Assembly (NCBI RefSeq): GCF_004010195.1
Contig: NC_057719.1
Span: 64,465,004 to 64,529,003 of the forward strand
Direction: 5' to 3'
Origin: Chiloscyllium plagiosum
Lineage: Eukaryota
Length of the DNA stretch: 64,000 nt
In this document: positions 11,807 to 24,963 of the stretch, in pieces
Layout of the letters: each line of letters begins with the position of its first letter
Numbering within the stretch: the stretch's first letter is position 1
Position numbers and translations under genes: made by a program
The notes under the pieces: generated by a model
What the model was told of the DNA's origin: nothing
Database searches by the model: none
Seen by the model: only the letters and a program-made list of their open reading frames with translations

Positions 11807-12504
11807 CGCTGCCGGGGGGGGTGGCTTGCTGGGGGGGGGGGGGGGGGGGGGGGGAGGTGGGGTCTGGTAGGGCATGGGGACTGGGATGCTGGGGCAGTGG
11901 TGATGGTGCTAGAGGTGGTGATGGTGATGGACAGCTCACCTGCATGGTTCTACCAGCTATGGGTTGCCGTGTACTATGGAAGGTCTGAGAGGGAGATTAT
12001 ACAGCTTTGCTCTCAGCCAGATTCCTTGCACTAATAGTTTAACTGCATTAAAGGGAAACAATACTGAATGAGATAATGTTAAACGTGACTCCCTGTTCCT
12101 GTAAAAGAAATATGCAGAGCTATGAGGAAGAGAAAAGCAATGAGAGTGATGCAGTCACTCAAGCTGACACAAACAAGGTGGACCAGTTGATGAGCTTTTG
12201 TGTTGGCATGTTTGGCAAGTCTATAAATCAAAACTTAATCGAACAATGTCGGTTGCAAAAACAATTTGAAGCAGACGTGTCTCTAAGATCAATTGGCTCT
12301 CTGGTTTGGGCTATAAGCAGAATGGAATAAAATAAATTATTCAATTATTTCATGTTTTATTATTTCATGTATATAATATTCTCAGAAGCAACACCATTTT
12401 AAATAATTTATTGCCTTATTCACAACACTTTGTTGCTGCAGGTTTGCAATTAAATTCTATCCCAATCTTATTTGGGTCTTGGACATTATTGATGATATGG
12501 AGCT

Positions 12505-12830
12505 GCCAGTTTTGGATTGGGGTGGACAAAGTAAAAAATCACACAACACCAGGTTGTAGTCCAACAGGTTTATTTGAAAGTACTGCTGCTCCGTCCTCAG
12601 GTAACTAGGGGACACGATCATAGCACACAGAATTTAAAGTAAAAGTTCAAAGTGTCATACAACTGATGTGATGTATCGAACAAACCTCGATTGCTGATAA
12701 GTCTTTAATCACCTAGAATGGGAATGCAAGTTTTGATTGATGTAAATGCCAGAACTTCTTTCAAGTCACAGCCCCAAGATAACTTAAGGTTTTATCCGTA
12801 TTAAAAAAAAGTGACATCTCAGCTCAGACA
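12505..12830 (-). mobile_element. Penelope family C 3' fragment
   Basis: GGTGGACAAAGTAAAAAATCACACAACACCAGGTTGTAGTCCAACAGGTTT is shared with 22665-22787. Confidence 0.65.
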
Positions 12831-12899
12831 CCTGTAATGCATTGTTTCTGCTCCGATGTCACCTTTTCTTTATACTAAGTGATAGTCCAATATTTTGTG

Positions 12900-13700
12900 A
12901 TTTTTTTTATTTAATAAATATATTTTAATCATACAAACTATCTTTATACATAGTCACAAACGCAGCTCAGTTCTGTACAAGAGCATATCAAGGAAACAAA
13001 CAAACCTTGAAGTTTGACTCGATTCAAACAAACCAGAGGCATCTCCTACTTGAACAAGGTGATGTTTACATGCATTTGAGGCACCAGGAGGGTCTGGTAA
13101 CTGAATGGACCCCATTTAACTTCTGCAGGAAGACCTTAGACGGTGGTTTTTCCCCACTGTGCCTTAGCAGCAGCTGCCCCTCAACACACAGTCCTGGATA
13201 CTGGAATATGCCAGTCTGTGACAATTGGTCGAGGTAAATTCTTTGTTCCATGTTTCAGTGAGAACAATGAGCATCTTTCACTGAACTGAAGGTCCTGCAG
13301 CCCCACTCGATGTGTGTGTTCCAAGGAACAGACTGTAGAGTACAGAGTCCTGCATTGCCAACTTCTCAGGACGAACCTCGATGAAAAACAATGCATCTTT
13401 CTCCAAACTTCCTTTGCAATGGAGGTAGTGAGGACCACCGATGCTGGAAGTCAGAGTTGATAAAATGTGGAGCTGGAAAAAAACACAACAGGTCAAGCCG
13501 AGTCAGAAGGCAGGATCCTTCATCGACTCTCCTGTTGTTCTGATGCTCTTCCTCTGCAAAGGCACATTCCAGCAGGAGATGTGTGACAGTCTCAACACCA
13601 CTGCCCCCACCCCTGCACTGCTTCGAGGGCAAAAATGAAGGATCTCACAGATAGTGCCCTTCCACTGCCAGCCAAGCAACGCCTCGTGATTCCTAGCTTT
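12900..13700 (-). mobile_element. Tx1/L1-clade LINE 3' end, interrupted by a Penelope fragment (~13428-13545)
   Basis: T-run at 12900; minus strand ALSVRSF..C..GVETVTHLLLECAFA (zf-RVT-like). Confidence 0.7.
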
Positions 13701-13829
13701 TCTCCGATACGTTCCCTACGCATTGCAACACATCTCTCAAGCTCACGACAAACCTCCAGCTTGTCCCAATCCATTACAGTAAGAGCAAGTTTCTAATAAA
13801 GTCAATATGTCTTGTAGAGAAACTGCTTA

Positions 13830-14560
13830 TTCTGGGGAACTGTATTTACCCAAGAATGTGGTGGATGCTGGGACAGTGATTAAATTTGAGGAGATAGTCA
13901 GGCTTTTAATTAGCCCATGGGTTAAAGCATTACGGCGAGGAGGCAAGGAAGTGGAGTGGAGTGGAGTGTTGGGGCTGAGATGATTGTATTAAATGGCGTA
14001 ACAGGCTACAGGGCTTGAATTGCCTACTTCTGCTCCTGGTTCTTATGCTTTGAGGGGAAAAGTGGTGGGATGAGGTAGGTACAATTTTCTGCAGAATTTA
14101 ATATGGTCTGGCTGTGGAAAATCTGTGGATAGCGATATTATCAGATCTCAGCTTCATGCATACACAGAGCAAAGGTCATGTAGAGAAGCTTTGAAGATAA
14201 AGGGGATATAGGATAGAGGTGTTTAAACTCATAAAGGATTTTGATGGGGTAAAAAAGAGAAACTGTTTTCAATAAGGTGATGAGTTGATAACTAGACAAT
14301 TAAGATTTAAAGTAATTGGCAAATAAAAAAAAGTGAATCAAGGAAAAACATTTTCATGCAGTGAGCTGGAGATAAAATAACTCACTTCCTAAAATGGGAA
14401 CAGCTTAATTGATAATTGTCAGAGAGAAGTTGACTAAACAATTGAAGGGCTCAAGATTGCAGGAATAGTGGCAAAGAGTAGGAAAAACTGGACTAAACTT
14501 TGGAGGAGCTGACATAGAGTTGACAGGCTGAATAGCCTCATCCTGTGAAGTGTTAATCTA
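13830..14560 (+). mobile_element. Two old CR1 3'-end fragments
   Basis: CR1 tail motifs (GGGCTTGAATTGCCTACTTCTGCTCCT; GGCTGAATAGCCTCATCCTGTG). Confidence 0.55.
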
Positions 14561-15201
14561 CAATTCCATGAATGTTAACATGGACTCACCAATGAAGTGT
14601 TTCCTAGTGTTTAAATGGCAGGGTGCTGTGAAAGTTTCCTCCCTCACTTAAGTTGTATTCCCATTGCAAAAGTGTAAGGTTCTTGAATTGTAAAGACATT
14701 TTAATGAAAGCGGAGCGTACTGTAACGTATGTAATTCAGTGGAAAATTTAGAAGCACTAACGTGAATTTAGAAAGAGAAAATAACATTGCAGAAATTTGC
14801 CAGAAAGGGCACATAACTAAATAAACCTGGAAACTATTCCCGTATTTCCAAATGAATGTGGAGATGTTACCGAGACAAATATTGGGTTTTCTTCTCAAAA
14901 TAAATAAATCGATTACACAGCATATGCTTTGGTTAATATTTGACAGATCCAAGATAAAGATAATTTTCTCAGTACCTAATCTCATTTATCTGATTCACCA
15001 ATATTACCACACTAAGATTTGACAAAGTTTTAACATACATTTTAGATACTTGTATAGTGAATATAGCCCAGAGTGAAATAAAATAAATATGAAAATGTTG
15101 TTCCTTCATGGTTTTGGTGCTAAATGTTTCATTGCTGTTGGAGCTAAAAGCTGAAATGACTTAAAATAGATTTATTGGAATTAGCTTTAGTTTTGTAGCA
15201 A

Positions 15202-17935
15202 GAGTCATAGAGATGTACAGCACAGAAACAGACCCTTCAGTCCAACTCATCCATGCTGACTAGATATCCCAAACTATTCTAGTCCCACCTGCCAGCACCT
15301 GGCCTATATCTCTCCAAACCCTTCCTATTCATACACCCATCCAGATGACTTTTAAATGTTGCAATTGTACCAGCCTCCACCACTTCCTCTGGCAGCTTAT
15401 TACATACACGCACCACACTCTGCATGAAAAGGTTGCCTCTTAGGTCTCCCTCATATCTTTCCAGTCTCACCCTAAACCTGTGCCCTCTAGTTCTGGACTC
15501 CCCTACACCATGAAAAAGACCTTGTGTATTTACCCTTTCCAAGTCTCTCATGATTTTATAAACCTCTATAAGGTCACCCCTCAGCCACCGACGCTCCAAG
15601 GAAAACCAACCCAGCCTTTTAACCTCTCCCTATAGCTCAAATCCTCTAACCGTGGTAATATCCTTGTAAATCTTTTCTGAACACTTTCATGGTTTCACAA
15701 CATCCTTCTGATAGGAAAGAGACCAGAATTGCCCACATTATTCCAATAGTGGCCTAACCAATGTCCTGTACAGCCGCAACATAACCTCCCAACTCAATAC
15801 TCTGACCAATAAAGAAAAGCATATCAAACACCTACTTCACTAGCCTATCTACCTGCGACTCTACTTTCAAGGAGCTATGAACCTGCACCCCAAGGTCTCT
15901 TTGTTCAGTATCACTCCCTAGGACCTTACCATTAAGTGTATAAGTTCTGCTAAGCTTTTCTTTCCTACAATGCAACACCTCACATTTATCTAAATTAAAC
16001 TCCATCTGCCACTCCTCAGCCCATTGGCCCATCTGATCAAGGTCTCGTTGTAATCTGAGGTAACCCTTTTCGCTGTTCACTACACCTCCAATTTTGGTGT
16101 CATCTGCAAACTTACTAACTATACCTCCTGTGTTCACATCCATTTATATAAATGATGAAATGTAGTGGACCCAGCGTCGATCCTTGTGGCACTCTACTGG
16201 TCACAGGCCTCCAGTCTGAAAAACAACATTCCACCACCACCCCCTGTCTTCTACTTTGAGCCAGTTCTGTATCCAAATGGCTAGTTCTTCCTGTATTCCA
16301 TGAGATCTAACCTTGCTACAGTCTCCCATGAGGAACCTCGTTGAACGTCTTACTGATGTCCATATAGATCACTTCCACTGCTCTGCCCCCATCAATCCTA
16401 TTTGTTACTTCCTCATGTACACACCCATGTGACAATCCCTAATCAGTCCTTGTCTTTCCAAATACATGTACATCCTGTTCCTCAGGATTCCTTGCAACAA
16501 CTTGTCCACCACTGACGTCAGGCTCACTGGTCTATGGTTCCCTGGCTTGTCCTTACCACCTTTCTTAAACAGTGGCACCACATTTGCCAACCTCCAGTCT
16601 TCCAGCACCTCACCTGTGACTATCGATGATACAAATATCTCAGCAAGGGGCCCAGCAATCACTTCCCTAGCTTCCCACAGAGTTCTAGGGTACACCTGAT
16701 CAAGTCCTGGGGATTTATCCACCTTCATGCATTTCAAGACATCCAGCACTTCCTCCTCTGCAATCTGGACATTTTTCACAATATCACTATCTATATCCCT
16801 ACATTCTATAAATTCCATGTCCTTCTCTGCAGAAAACACTGATGCAAAATACTCGTTTAGTATCTCCCCCATTTCCTGTGGCTCCACACAAAGGCCGCCT
16901 TGCTGATCTTTGAGGGGCCCTATTCTCTCCCTAGTTACCTTTTTGTCCTTAATGTATTTGTAAAAACCCTTTGGATTCTCCTTAACTCTATTTGTCAAAG
17001 CTATTTCATGTCCCCTTTTTGACCTCCTGATTTCCCTCTTAAGTATACTCCTACTGCCTTTATTCTCTTTTGAGGATTCCCTCGATCTATCCTGTCTATA
17101 CCTGACATATACTTCCTTCTTTTTCTTAACCAAAACTTCAATTTCTCTAGTCATCCAGCAATCCCTACATCTACCAGCCTTTCCTTTCACCCTTTCAGGA
17201 ATATACCATCTCTTGACTCTCGTTATCTCATTTCTGAAGGCTTCCCATTTTCTAGTGGTCTCTTTACCTTGCGAACATCTGCCCCCAATCAGCTTTTGAA
17301 AATTCTTGCCAAAACCATCGAAATTAGCCTTCCTCCAATTTAGAACTTTGCCTTTCAGATCTAGTCTATCGTTTTCCATAATTATTTTAAAACTAATAGA
17401 ATTGTGGTCGCTGGCCCCAAAGTGCTCCCCCACTGACACCTCAGTCACCTGCCCTGCCTTATTAGGTCAAGCTTTGCACCTTCTCTAGTAGGTACATCCA
17501 CATACTGAATCAGAAAATTTTCTTGTACACACTTAACATATTCCTTTCCATCTAACCCCATAACACTATGGCAGTCCCAGTCCATGTTTGGAAAGTTAAA
17601 ACCCCCTACTATAACCACGCTATTACTTTTACAGATAACTGAAACCTCCTTACAAATTTGTTTCTCAGTTTCCCTCTGATTATTAGGGGGTCTACAATAC
17701 AATCCCAATAAGGTGATCATACCTTTCTTATTTCTCAGTTCCACCCAAATAACTTCCCTGGATGTATTTCCAGGAATATCCTCCCTCAGCACAGCTGTAA
17801 TGCTATCCCTTATCAAAAACACCATCCCCCTCCTCTTTTACCTCCCTTTCTATCCTTCCTGTAGCATTTATATCCTAGAACATTAAGCTGCCAGTACTGT
17901 CCATCCCTGAACCATGTTTCTGTAATTGCTATGAT
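15202..17935 (-). mobile_element. CR1 LINE ORF2 (EN + RT), 5'-truncated
   Basis: GGFNFPNMDW, GASDHNSI, KSPGLDQVYPR, WRLANVVPLFKKG..NHRPVSLTSVV, SKFADDTKIGG, ERRWLRGDLIEVYK; CTCTATGACT tail at 15202. Confidence 0.95.
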
Positions 17936-17984
17936 ATGATTTAGCAAAATAAGAAAGAAAAGTCATCTTGGCTTTGAAGAAGGC

Positions 17985-18552
17985 CAATGGACTGAGGAGT
18001 GGCAGTTGGAGTTAAATTTAGATAAATATGAGGTTTTGCAGTTTGGAAAGGCAAATCAGGGCAGAACTTATACACTTAGTGGTAAGGTCCTGGGAAGTGT
18101 TGCTGAACAAAGGGACCTTTGGAGTGCAGGTTCGTAGCTCCTTGAAAGTGAGTCCCAGGTAGGTAGGATAGTGAAGAAGGCGTTTGGTGTGCTTTCTATA
18201 TTGGTCAGAGCATTGAGTATAAGAGTTAGGACATGTTTCGGCTGTACAAGACAATGTTTCGGACACTTTTGCAATATTGTGTGCAGTCTGGTCTCCCTGT
18301 TATAGGAAGGATGTTGTGAAACTTGAAACATATTCATGCAGAGGGTGGTGCGTGTATGGAATGAGTTGCCTGAGGATGTGGTGGAGGCTGGTGCAATTAC
18401 ACCATTTAAAAAACATCAGGATGGGTATATGAATAGGAAGGGTTTAGAGGGATATGGGCCAAGTGCTGGCAAATGGGACTAGATTAGGTTAAGATATCTG
18501 GTCGGTTGGACCAAAGAGTCTGTTTCTGTGCTGTACATCTCTACGTCTCTAA
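17985..18552 (+). mobile_element. CR1 3' fragment, opposite orientation to the neighbouring copy
   Basis: Homologous to 15202-16030; ends CTGTACATCTCTACGTCTCTA. Confidence 0.85.
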
Positions 18553-19899
18553 GGAACTTTGTTTACTTTATACTTATTTATACCCTCCCCTCTGATGCCC
18601 AGATCACATGCCCGTTGACAACAATCTTCTTATTATCTCCAACATTGATTTTCTTTGTTTTTTCCTTTCCTGTGTGGATTCAGGGATCTCCTCATTTGTT
18701 CCACTGCCAGATGGTGCCAGACCTGCTGAGTATCTTTAGCATTTCACTGTTCTCTGTGTTTTTTTAATGCCCTCTTGCTTCCTTTCCAATTCATGTCACT
18801 ATGTGTCTCAAACACCAGAATTCAGATGTTCTTGTTTTCACGTCAGCATGATACTATTGACCACATTAAATAGGTCAGCATTTTCTAATCAGCAGATTGC
18901 TTTTGTAGTTTCGCAATAACTCCGTCATTGTTAAACACTCACTTTGTAATCATCATCCTCATCCAGTTTATTTGTTATTCTGGTATCTGCTATCATCAGA
19001 CTCTCCAAATCAAACAATTGCTTCATTCAAAGATTACTTTTCATTGGAGCTCCACTATTTCAGTTTATTTGACCATTTAGTTTCAAGCCGTCATCCAAAC
19101 TAATGCGTTTTACCTGTCCTGAGACTGTCTGGCAATCTTATCTATCGACAATCTGTCTTGTATTATTGGTTATTGTTCAGTGTTCATGGCTGATTAATCC
19201 AGATTTTTTTTGCAATAAATTTAAAATGTCTGTGATATAAAACGTTTTTCTTTTGCTCCTCTTCTGATCATCGCTCATTTTGTTAACTTATTAACTCCCA
19301 CTGCCACTTTTAGTTCTGAATAAATGTGTGAATAAAACTAATGGTTTTCCATCAATTCTGACTCTCTGTAGGATCTCCGTTATGTTCTTATGCATTGTTC
19401 TGTCCAGTGCTTTCTTATAATCTACAAATCTGTTCATTTTAATGGTTAAGATGCATTTTTACACAGCCTCAGGGTGCACTAAAATATTCTTCAACCAGTC
19501 TGAAATGTCATTATTGTTGTAATGCGGTGAATATGTGCATAGCAAGCTCCCAGAAACACCAAAGTGGTGATAACCACATAGTCTGTCTTAGTAATATTGG
19601 TCATGGGATAACCAACTCCCCAAAGATGCTTTATAAGGATTGCAATTGGACAAAAGAATTGATACAGGTTAAGGGCGAACAAAAGTTTAGTTAAGATCGA
19701 TGTGGAGAAAAGGTAAATGCAAATATGGGATAGTATATCTAAACACAAAGTGATGAAATTATATCATATGATATGATCATGACCTTACCCTCTTACAGTT
19801 TTGTTACAAGATAGAGTCTCAGTTAGATATTGTTACAGTTGGTTATTTTCTCCAATGGCAGTTTGATGGCAGAACATTATCACCCCTCCAGTCTCCAGA

Positions 19900-20230
19900 A
19901 GTGGCGATGGCCTAGCGGCATTTTCACTGGACTGTTAATGCAGAGATTCAGGCACTGTTCTAGGGACCTAGGTTAGAATTTCAATATGGCAGATGAGGAA
20001 ATTTGAATTCAATAAAAATCAGGACTTAAGAGTCTAATGATAACCATATCAATTGTTGGGAAAACCCACTTGGTTCAGTAATGTCCTTTAGGGAAGAAAA
20101 ATGCTGTTTTTACCTGATTTGGACTACATGTGACTCCAGACCCACAGCAATGTAGTTGACTCTTAACTATATTTAAGAATGGTCAATAAATGCTGGAGAT
20201 GCCCATATCCTATAAGTGAATTTAAAAAAA
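19900..20230 (+). mobile_element. tRNA-derived SINE with LINE-derived tail
   Basis: A-box TGGCCTAGCGG, B-box GGTTAGAATT, AATAAATGCTGG tail and A-run; second copy at 39962-40300. Confidence 0.7.
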
Positions 20231-22664
20231 AAGTGGTGAGATGGGGAAATAATTGGGTGAGTTGGCCCTGGTGAGATACTCACTCGTTAATTAAGTTCTG
20301 AGTAAAAATGCTCATAGGGCATCCACTCCACTCACCATCTACTGTGGCCATTCAATGCTCAATTAATGGCCAGTTAAGGGTCTCAACCTCTGCTATCCTG
20401 ACATGTTTCCTGACTGGGAAACCAGGGCGACTTGCCTGCCGAATTGGGAGAGGCCTCCAGTTGTTTCAACCTAGGGGTAATCAGAGGCACCTTTGTGGGG
20501 CAAGAGGGTGGTGTATGGAAGTCTTTTCCTTGACCTTGCTTCAAACCCACCCCTCTCCCAATGAGCCCCACCCTGTCAGAGGGCCAAAAATAGCTTACTT
20601 TTTTGCCACTGGGTTCCTTGAGGTGTATGGCTGAATCAATTATTTCTGATTGGCTGGTACTTTTTGGTGACTCGGGAACCCAGCTTGTGTTTGGCTGAGA
20701 AGTAGGCAGGTTTGCCTCCTGACAGCTCTTAACAAACTGATTGGTGAGTTCCCTCAGCACTGAGGGAGGCACATCATGCATCAACTAACACACTTGCCCC
20801 AACACTGAATAAAATCAGAAAACAGAGCCCAATACCTTTTGCTCTACCACAGCAGACTTTTAAATATTCTGTGACAATGCTACTTGACCAGAATGGCATC
20901 AATAACAGAGCAATATTACAGTAGGTTTTAAGGCTATTAATTGGTATGTCAGAATTGTCTGGCAACAAGATGCTCTCCGGTTCCTATAATTTCTTTGTAA
21001 ATATTGTAACATACTGTTAAGCATTTCTAAATTAACACGATGTAGCTGGGATTCAGACAGTTGCAGTTGTATCAAAGAATATCTATTTTATTTTCATATT
21101 TCCAGGAGTAAGGGCTATTTGCAAGATGAAACACAGTAGACTGAAAGTACCATGAGCACAAAAAGTAATGTCAAAAAACTAGAATTTTCCAGGCATACCC
21201 CAAAATTCCTCAATAGATCCATTTCAGATCTATTCCAGCAGGTGATAGAACACCATTTCTACAGCTTGTCTCCATTGTGCGCAGCACAAAATATGATGCA
21301 ATTTTGGGTAAGTCTGATGTGGAATCTTTGAAAGGTCAGTGGTTCACTGGACTTTCAGTGAAGCCCTTCTGCTTTTCAGGTTTGAGACGTTTTCATTTAA
21401 CTCGGTAAAGGTAGCAGCCTTCTTGCCTTTAGGTTGGGAAAATAGTTCAAGGTTGACGTTTCAGTGTAGTCCAGAGGGAATGTTGCACATTCAGAGACGC
21501 TGTCTTCCAGTGCAGACATTATATGACCATCTAGGCAGGAGAACAGGAACCATCAATAATGGAAGGAGAGCACGGTGTTTTTTTCTGTGTCATTGCCAAC
21601 ATCGCGCCATCACCTGCCACTATGGGAAGCAAGCTCCATGATCAGTTTCCTCGCTGTTGTTTAGAGATCTTGCTGTGCACAATTTGGTTGCCATGCTCAC
21701 CAACATAACAGCTCTGATGAAATTTTCAAAGTGCTACTTCAATGGCTCTAAATCCTACTGAGCTGTTCTGAGGCTGTAAAATGTGTTACATAAATGCTAT
21801 GTTTATATATTGCTTTTTTTTAACCCCCTTCTGATCTATGTCCAATATGTCTGAAAGGACTTGTGGATTTTCAATGAGGTGGGGTGCAGGATCAAACACA
21901 ACGTGCTTCTGTCAGTGCTAAATACCACATAGAAAGGTTAATTCCACAAAGGTCCTTGAAACTAACTTGTGGAATGCAACCAGGATTCACACTTTCTTCA
22001 CAGTAAAGTAGGGGAATGAAATGAAGAGATGAAAATTATCACCACATGGAGCAAAGTGAGCGAGTAAACTACACAGTTTATGAAAAAGAAACATTCACCT
22101 TTCAGAGATTGCTGTGAAAGGTCACAGTAATTGATTCAGGCCACAAAACCCTCATCTCAACATCTATTTAATTTTGGACTAAAGTCACATATATATTATG
22201 TTAGACTGATCACTCAGAAAATAAAAATGTCAATTGCTGCAGCAAAAAGAAATATTGGCCTAGAGTTTCCAATGACCAGACCATCGTTATTCCAGTGTTG
22301 GTGGGAGTAGCGCCTGGGGACCCTACAGATTTCAAAGGAATTTCCAGGGAAATCGAAGATTCTGCTGGGTAATTCGTCTATGTCAGGTAACCTCCAAAAG
22401 TATCCATTAAATCAGAAATTTCGGAGCATTCTCCTGCAGTTTAAAAAGTAGTTACTTGAGAAACATTACAAAGGAAGTATGCAACAAATGGAAGGAGAGA
22501 GTAGCTATGGTGAAACAAGAAATGGGCAAGTCGATTTTCACTCCCACTTCATTGAAGGTGACAACCTTGTTATCAGGTGTGAGACACTGTATGTGACACA
22601 GGATTAGCCTATTCCTCACTCCTGCGCTGTGGTAATTACCTGAGCCATCTTCTATTTCCAAGAT

Positions 22665-22787
22665 TCGGAGATGCCGGTGTTGGTCTGGGGTGTACAAAGT
22701 TAAAAATCACACAACACCAGGTTATAGTCCAACAGGTTTAATTGGAAGCACACCAGCTTTCGGAGCAACGCTCCTTCATCAGGTGAT
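22665..22787 (-). mobile_element. Penelope family C pLTR with hammerhead motif
   Basis: Minus strand 22785-22751 reads CAC-CTGATGA-AGGAGC-GTT-GCTCC-GAAAGCTG-GTG. Confidence 0.8.
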
Positions 22788-23664
22788 TGTGATGATTTTT
22801 AACTTTCTATTTCCAAGTAACACTACGTGCACAGCTTCTAATTGGTGCAGACAATGAGTCTGGTCATGTTGCTGAATAAACTTCAAGTAGCTGGATTGTG
22901 CCGTAACACCTGTTCCTTGTATAAAAAGTTTGTGGAAAAAAACATCTTTGTTCATGAGTCAATGAAGCTGTGATTGGTTCTTAATGTGTCAGAAATCCTG
23001 TGATAAAAGGGAATGGTGATTCCCTGAGTGGGAAATCTTTTGACAGAGTGTCTCACTGTCAGAACTTTCAAACAAGCACAAAGATGTCGCCAGGCTGGTG
23101 GGAAGAAGGATTCTCCCTGTTACATACTTCTGGCAACTGGAGTCTTACCTTCTCGTCGGGTTGCCTTCATTGCTGGTGCCTGCCCTTTGGAGTTTTGGTG
23201 AGGGTGGTATTGGGGTACATTTGTGACTAGAGGACCCCAAGATGCTGAAAGTGTCCTGACCAGATGCCGGCTAACCCTCCTTTTGGTTAAACTCACACAT
23301 GCCTTAGAATTGTATGCAGGGCAATGGTGGAGGGGCTGGGAACCTTCTCCCAACAGGAGAAATGTTTGGAGGCCTCTCCGTGATTCCTCACTTTCTGGGT
23401 CCCTTGAGAGGAAAAGGCACCTGGAGTAAGGTCAAGGTCCGTTCATGGCCTGTTGCCTTGCTGCTGATGCTGAGCACTAACAGCTATGCCATCTGCTCTC
23501 AGATCTCACAATCTCTCCCTTTCTCTCATTTCACCAGAACTCAGCCTATAATAGCATGGAGAGAGAGAGAAGATGGTGGGGTGCCCATCATTTCTATACG
23601 TCCTACCAAGGGAGAGAATCCTTGCCTGACAGGATCGTGGCTGGACAGGATCGTGACAGGATCG

Positions 23665-24963
23665 ACCCTGACCTTAAATTTACCTGGACCATCTCTGACA
23701 CCTCCCTCCCCTTCCTGGACCTCTCCAACTCCATTAATGAAGACCGACTTGATACCGACATTTTTTACAAACCCACCGACTCCCACAGCTACCTGGATTA
23801 CACCTCTTCCCACCCTACCTCCTGCAAAAATGCCATCCCGTATTCCCAATTCCTCCGCCTCTGGCGTATCTGCTCCCAAGAGGACCAGTTCCACCACAGA
23901 ACACACCATATGGCCTCCTTCTTTAGAGATCGCAATTTCCCTTTCCACCTGGTTAAAGATGCCCTCCAACACTTCTCATCCACATTACGCACCTCCGCCC
24001 TCAGACTCCACCCCTCCAACCGTAATAAGGACAGAACGCCCCTGGTGCTCACCTTCCACCCTACCAACCTTCACATAAATCAAATTATCTGCCGACATTT
24101 CCGCCACCTCCAAACAGACCCCACCGCCAGGGATATATTTCCCTCCCCACCCCTTTCCGCCTTCCGCAAAGACCGTTCCCTCCGTGACTACCTGGTCAGG
24201 TCCACGCCCCCCTACAACCCATCCTCCATCCTGGCACCTTCCCCTGCCACCGCAGGAATTGCAAAACCTGCGCCCACACCACCTCCCTCACCTCCATTTA
24301 AGGCCCTAAAGGAGCCTTCCACGTCCATCAAAGTTTTACCTGCACATCCACCAATATCATTTATTGTATCCGTTGCTCCCAATGCGGTCTCCTCTACATT
24401 GGGGAGACTGGACGCCTCCTAGCAGAGCGCTTTAGGGAACATCTCTGGGACACCCCCACCAATCAACCACTCCGTCCTGTGGCCCAACATTTCAACTCCC
24501 CCTCCCACTCTGCCGAGGACATGGAGGTCCTGGGCCTCCTTCACCGCCGCTCCTTCACCACTAGACGCCTGGAGGAAGAATGCCTCATCTTCTGCCTTGG
24601 AACACTTCAACGCCAGGGCATCAATGTGGAATTCAACAGTTTTCTCATTTCCCCTTCCCCCACCTCACCCCAGTTCCAAAATTCCAGCTCAGCACTGTCC
24701 CTATGACTTGTCCTACCTGCCTATCTTCTTTTCCACCTATCCACTCCACCCTCCTCCCCTGACCCATCACCTTCATCCCCTCCCCACTCACCTATTGTAC
24801 TCTATGCTACTTTCTCCCCGCTCTCACCCTCCTCTAGCTTATCTCTCCATTCTTCAGGCTCTCTGCCTGTATTCCTGATGAAGGGCTTTTGCCCGAAACG
24901 TTGATTTTACTGTTCCTCGGATGCTGCCTGAACTGCTGTGCTCTTCCAGCACCACTAATCCAG
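23665..24963 (+). mobile_element. Penelope-like retroelement, 5'-truncated (RT C-terminus + GIY-YIG + pLTR)
   Basis: LKFT..LPFLDL..TDIFYKPTDSHSYLDYTSSHP..KNAIPYSQFLRL; GIY-YIG IIYCIRCSQCGLLYIGETGR..ERFREH; flanking duplication CAGGATCGTGGCTGG at 23630-23644 and 24961-24975. Confidence 0.93.
24871..24906 (+). ncRNA. Minimal hammerhead ribozyme motif in Penelope pLTR
   Basis: CTGATGA, stem II GGGC-TTTT-GCCC, GAAAC, GTT cleavage triplet. Confidence 0.75.

Noticed and set aside
10720..11988. Long ORFs of 287-422 aa
   Set aside because: Artefacts of N-runs and low-complexity sequence; the same applies to the ORFs across the other three gaps.
12076..12330. 84-aa ORF containing YEEEKSNESDAVTQADTNK
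   Set aside because: No recognisable homology and poor splice context.
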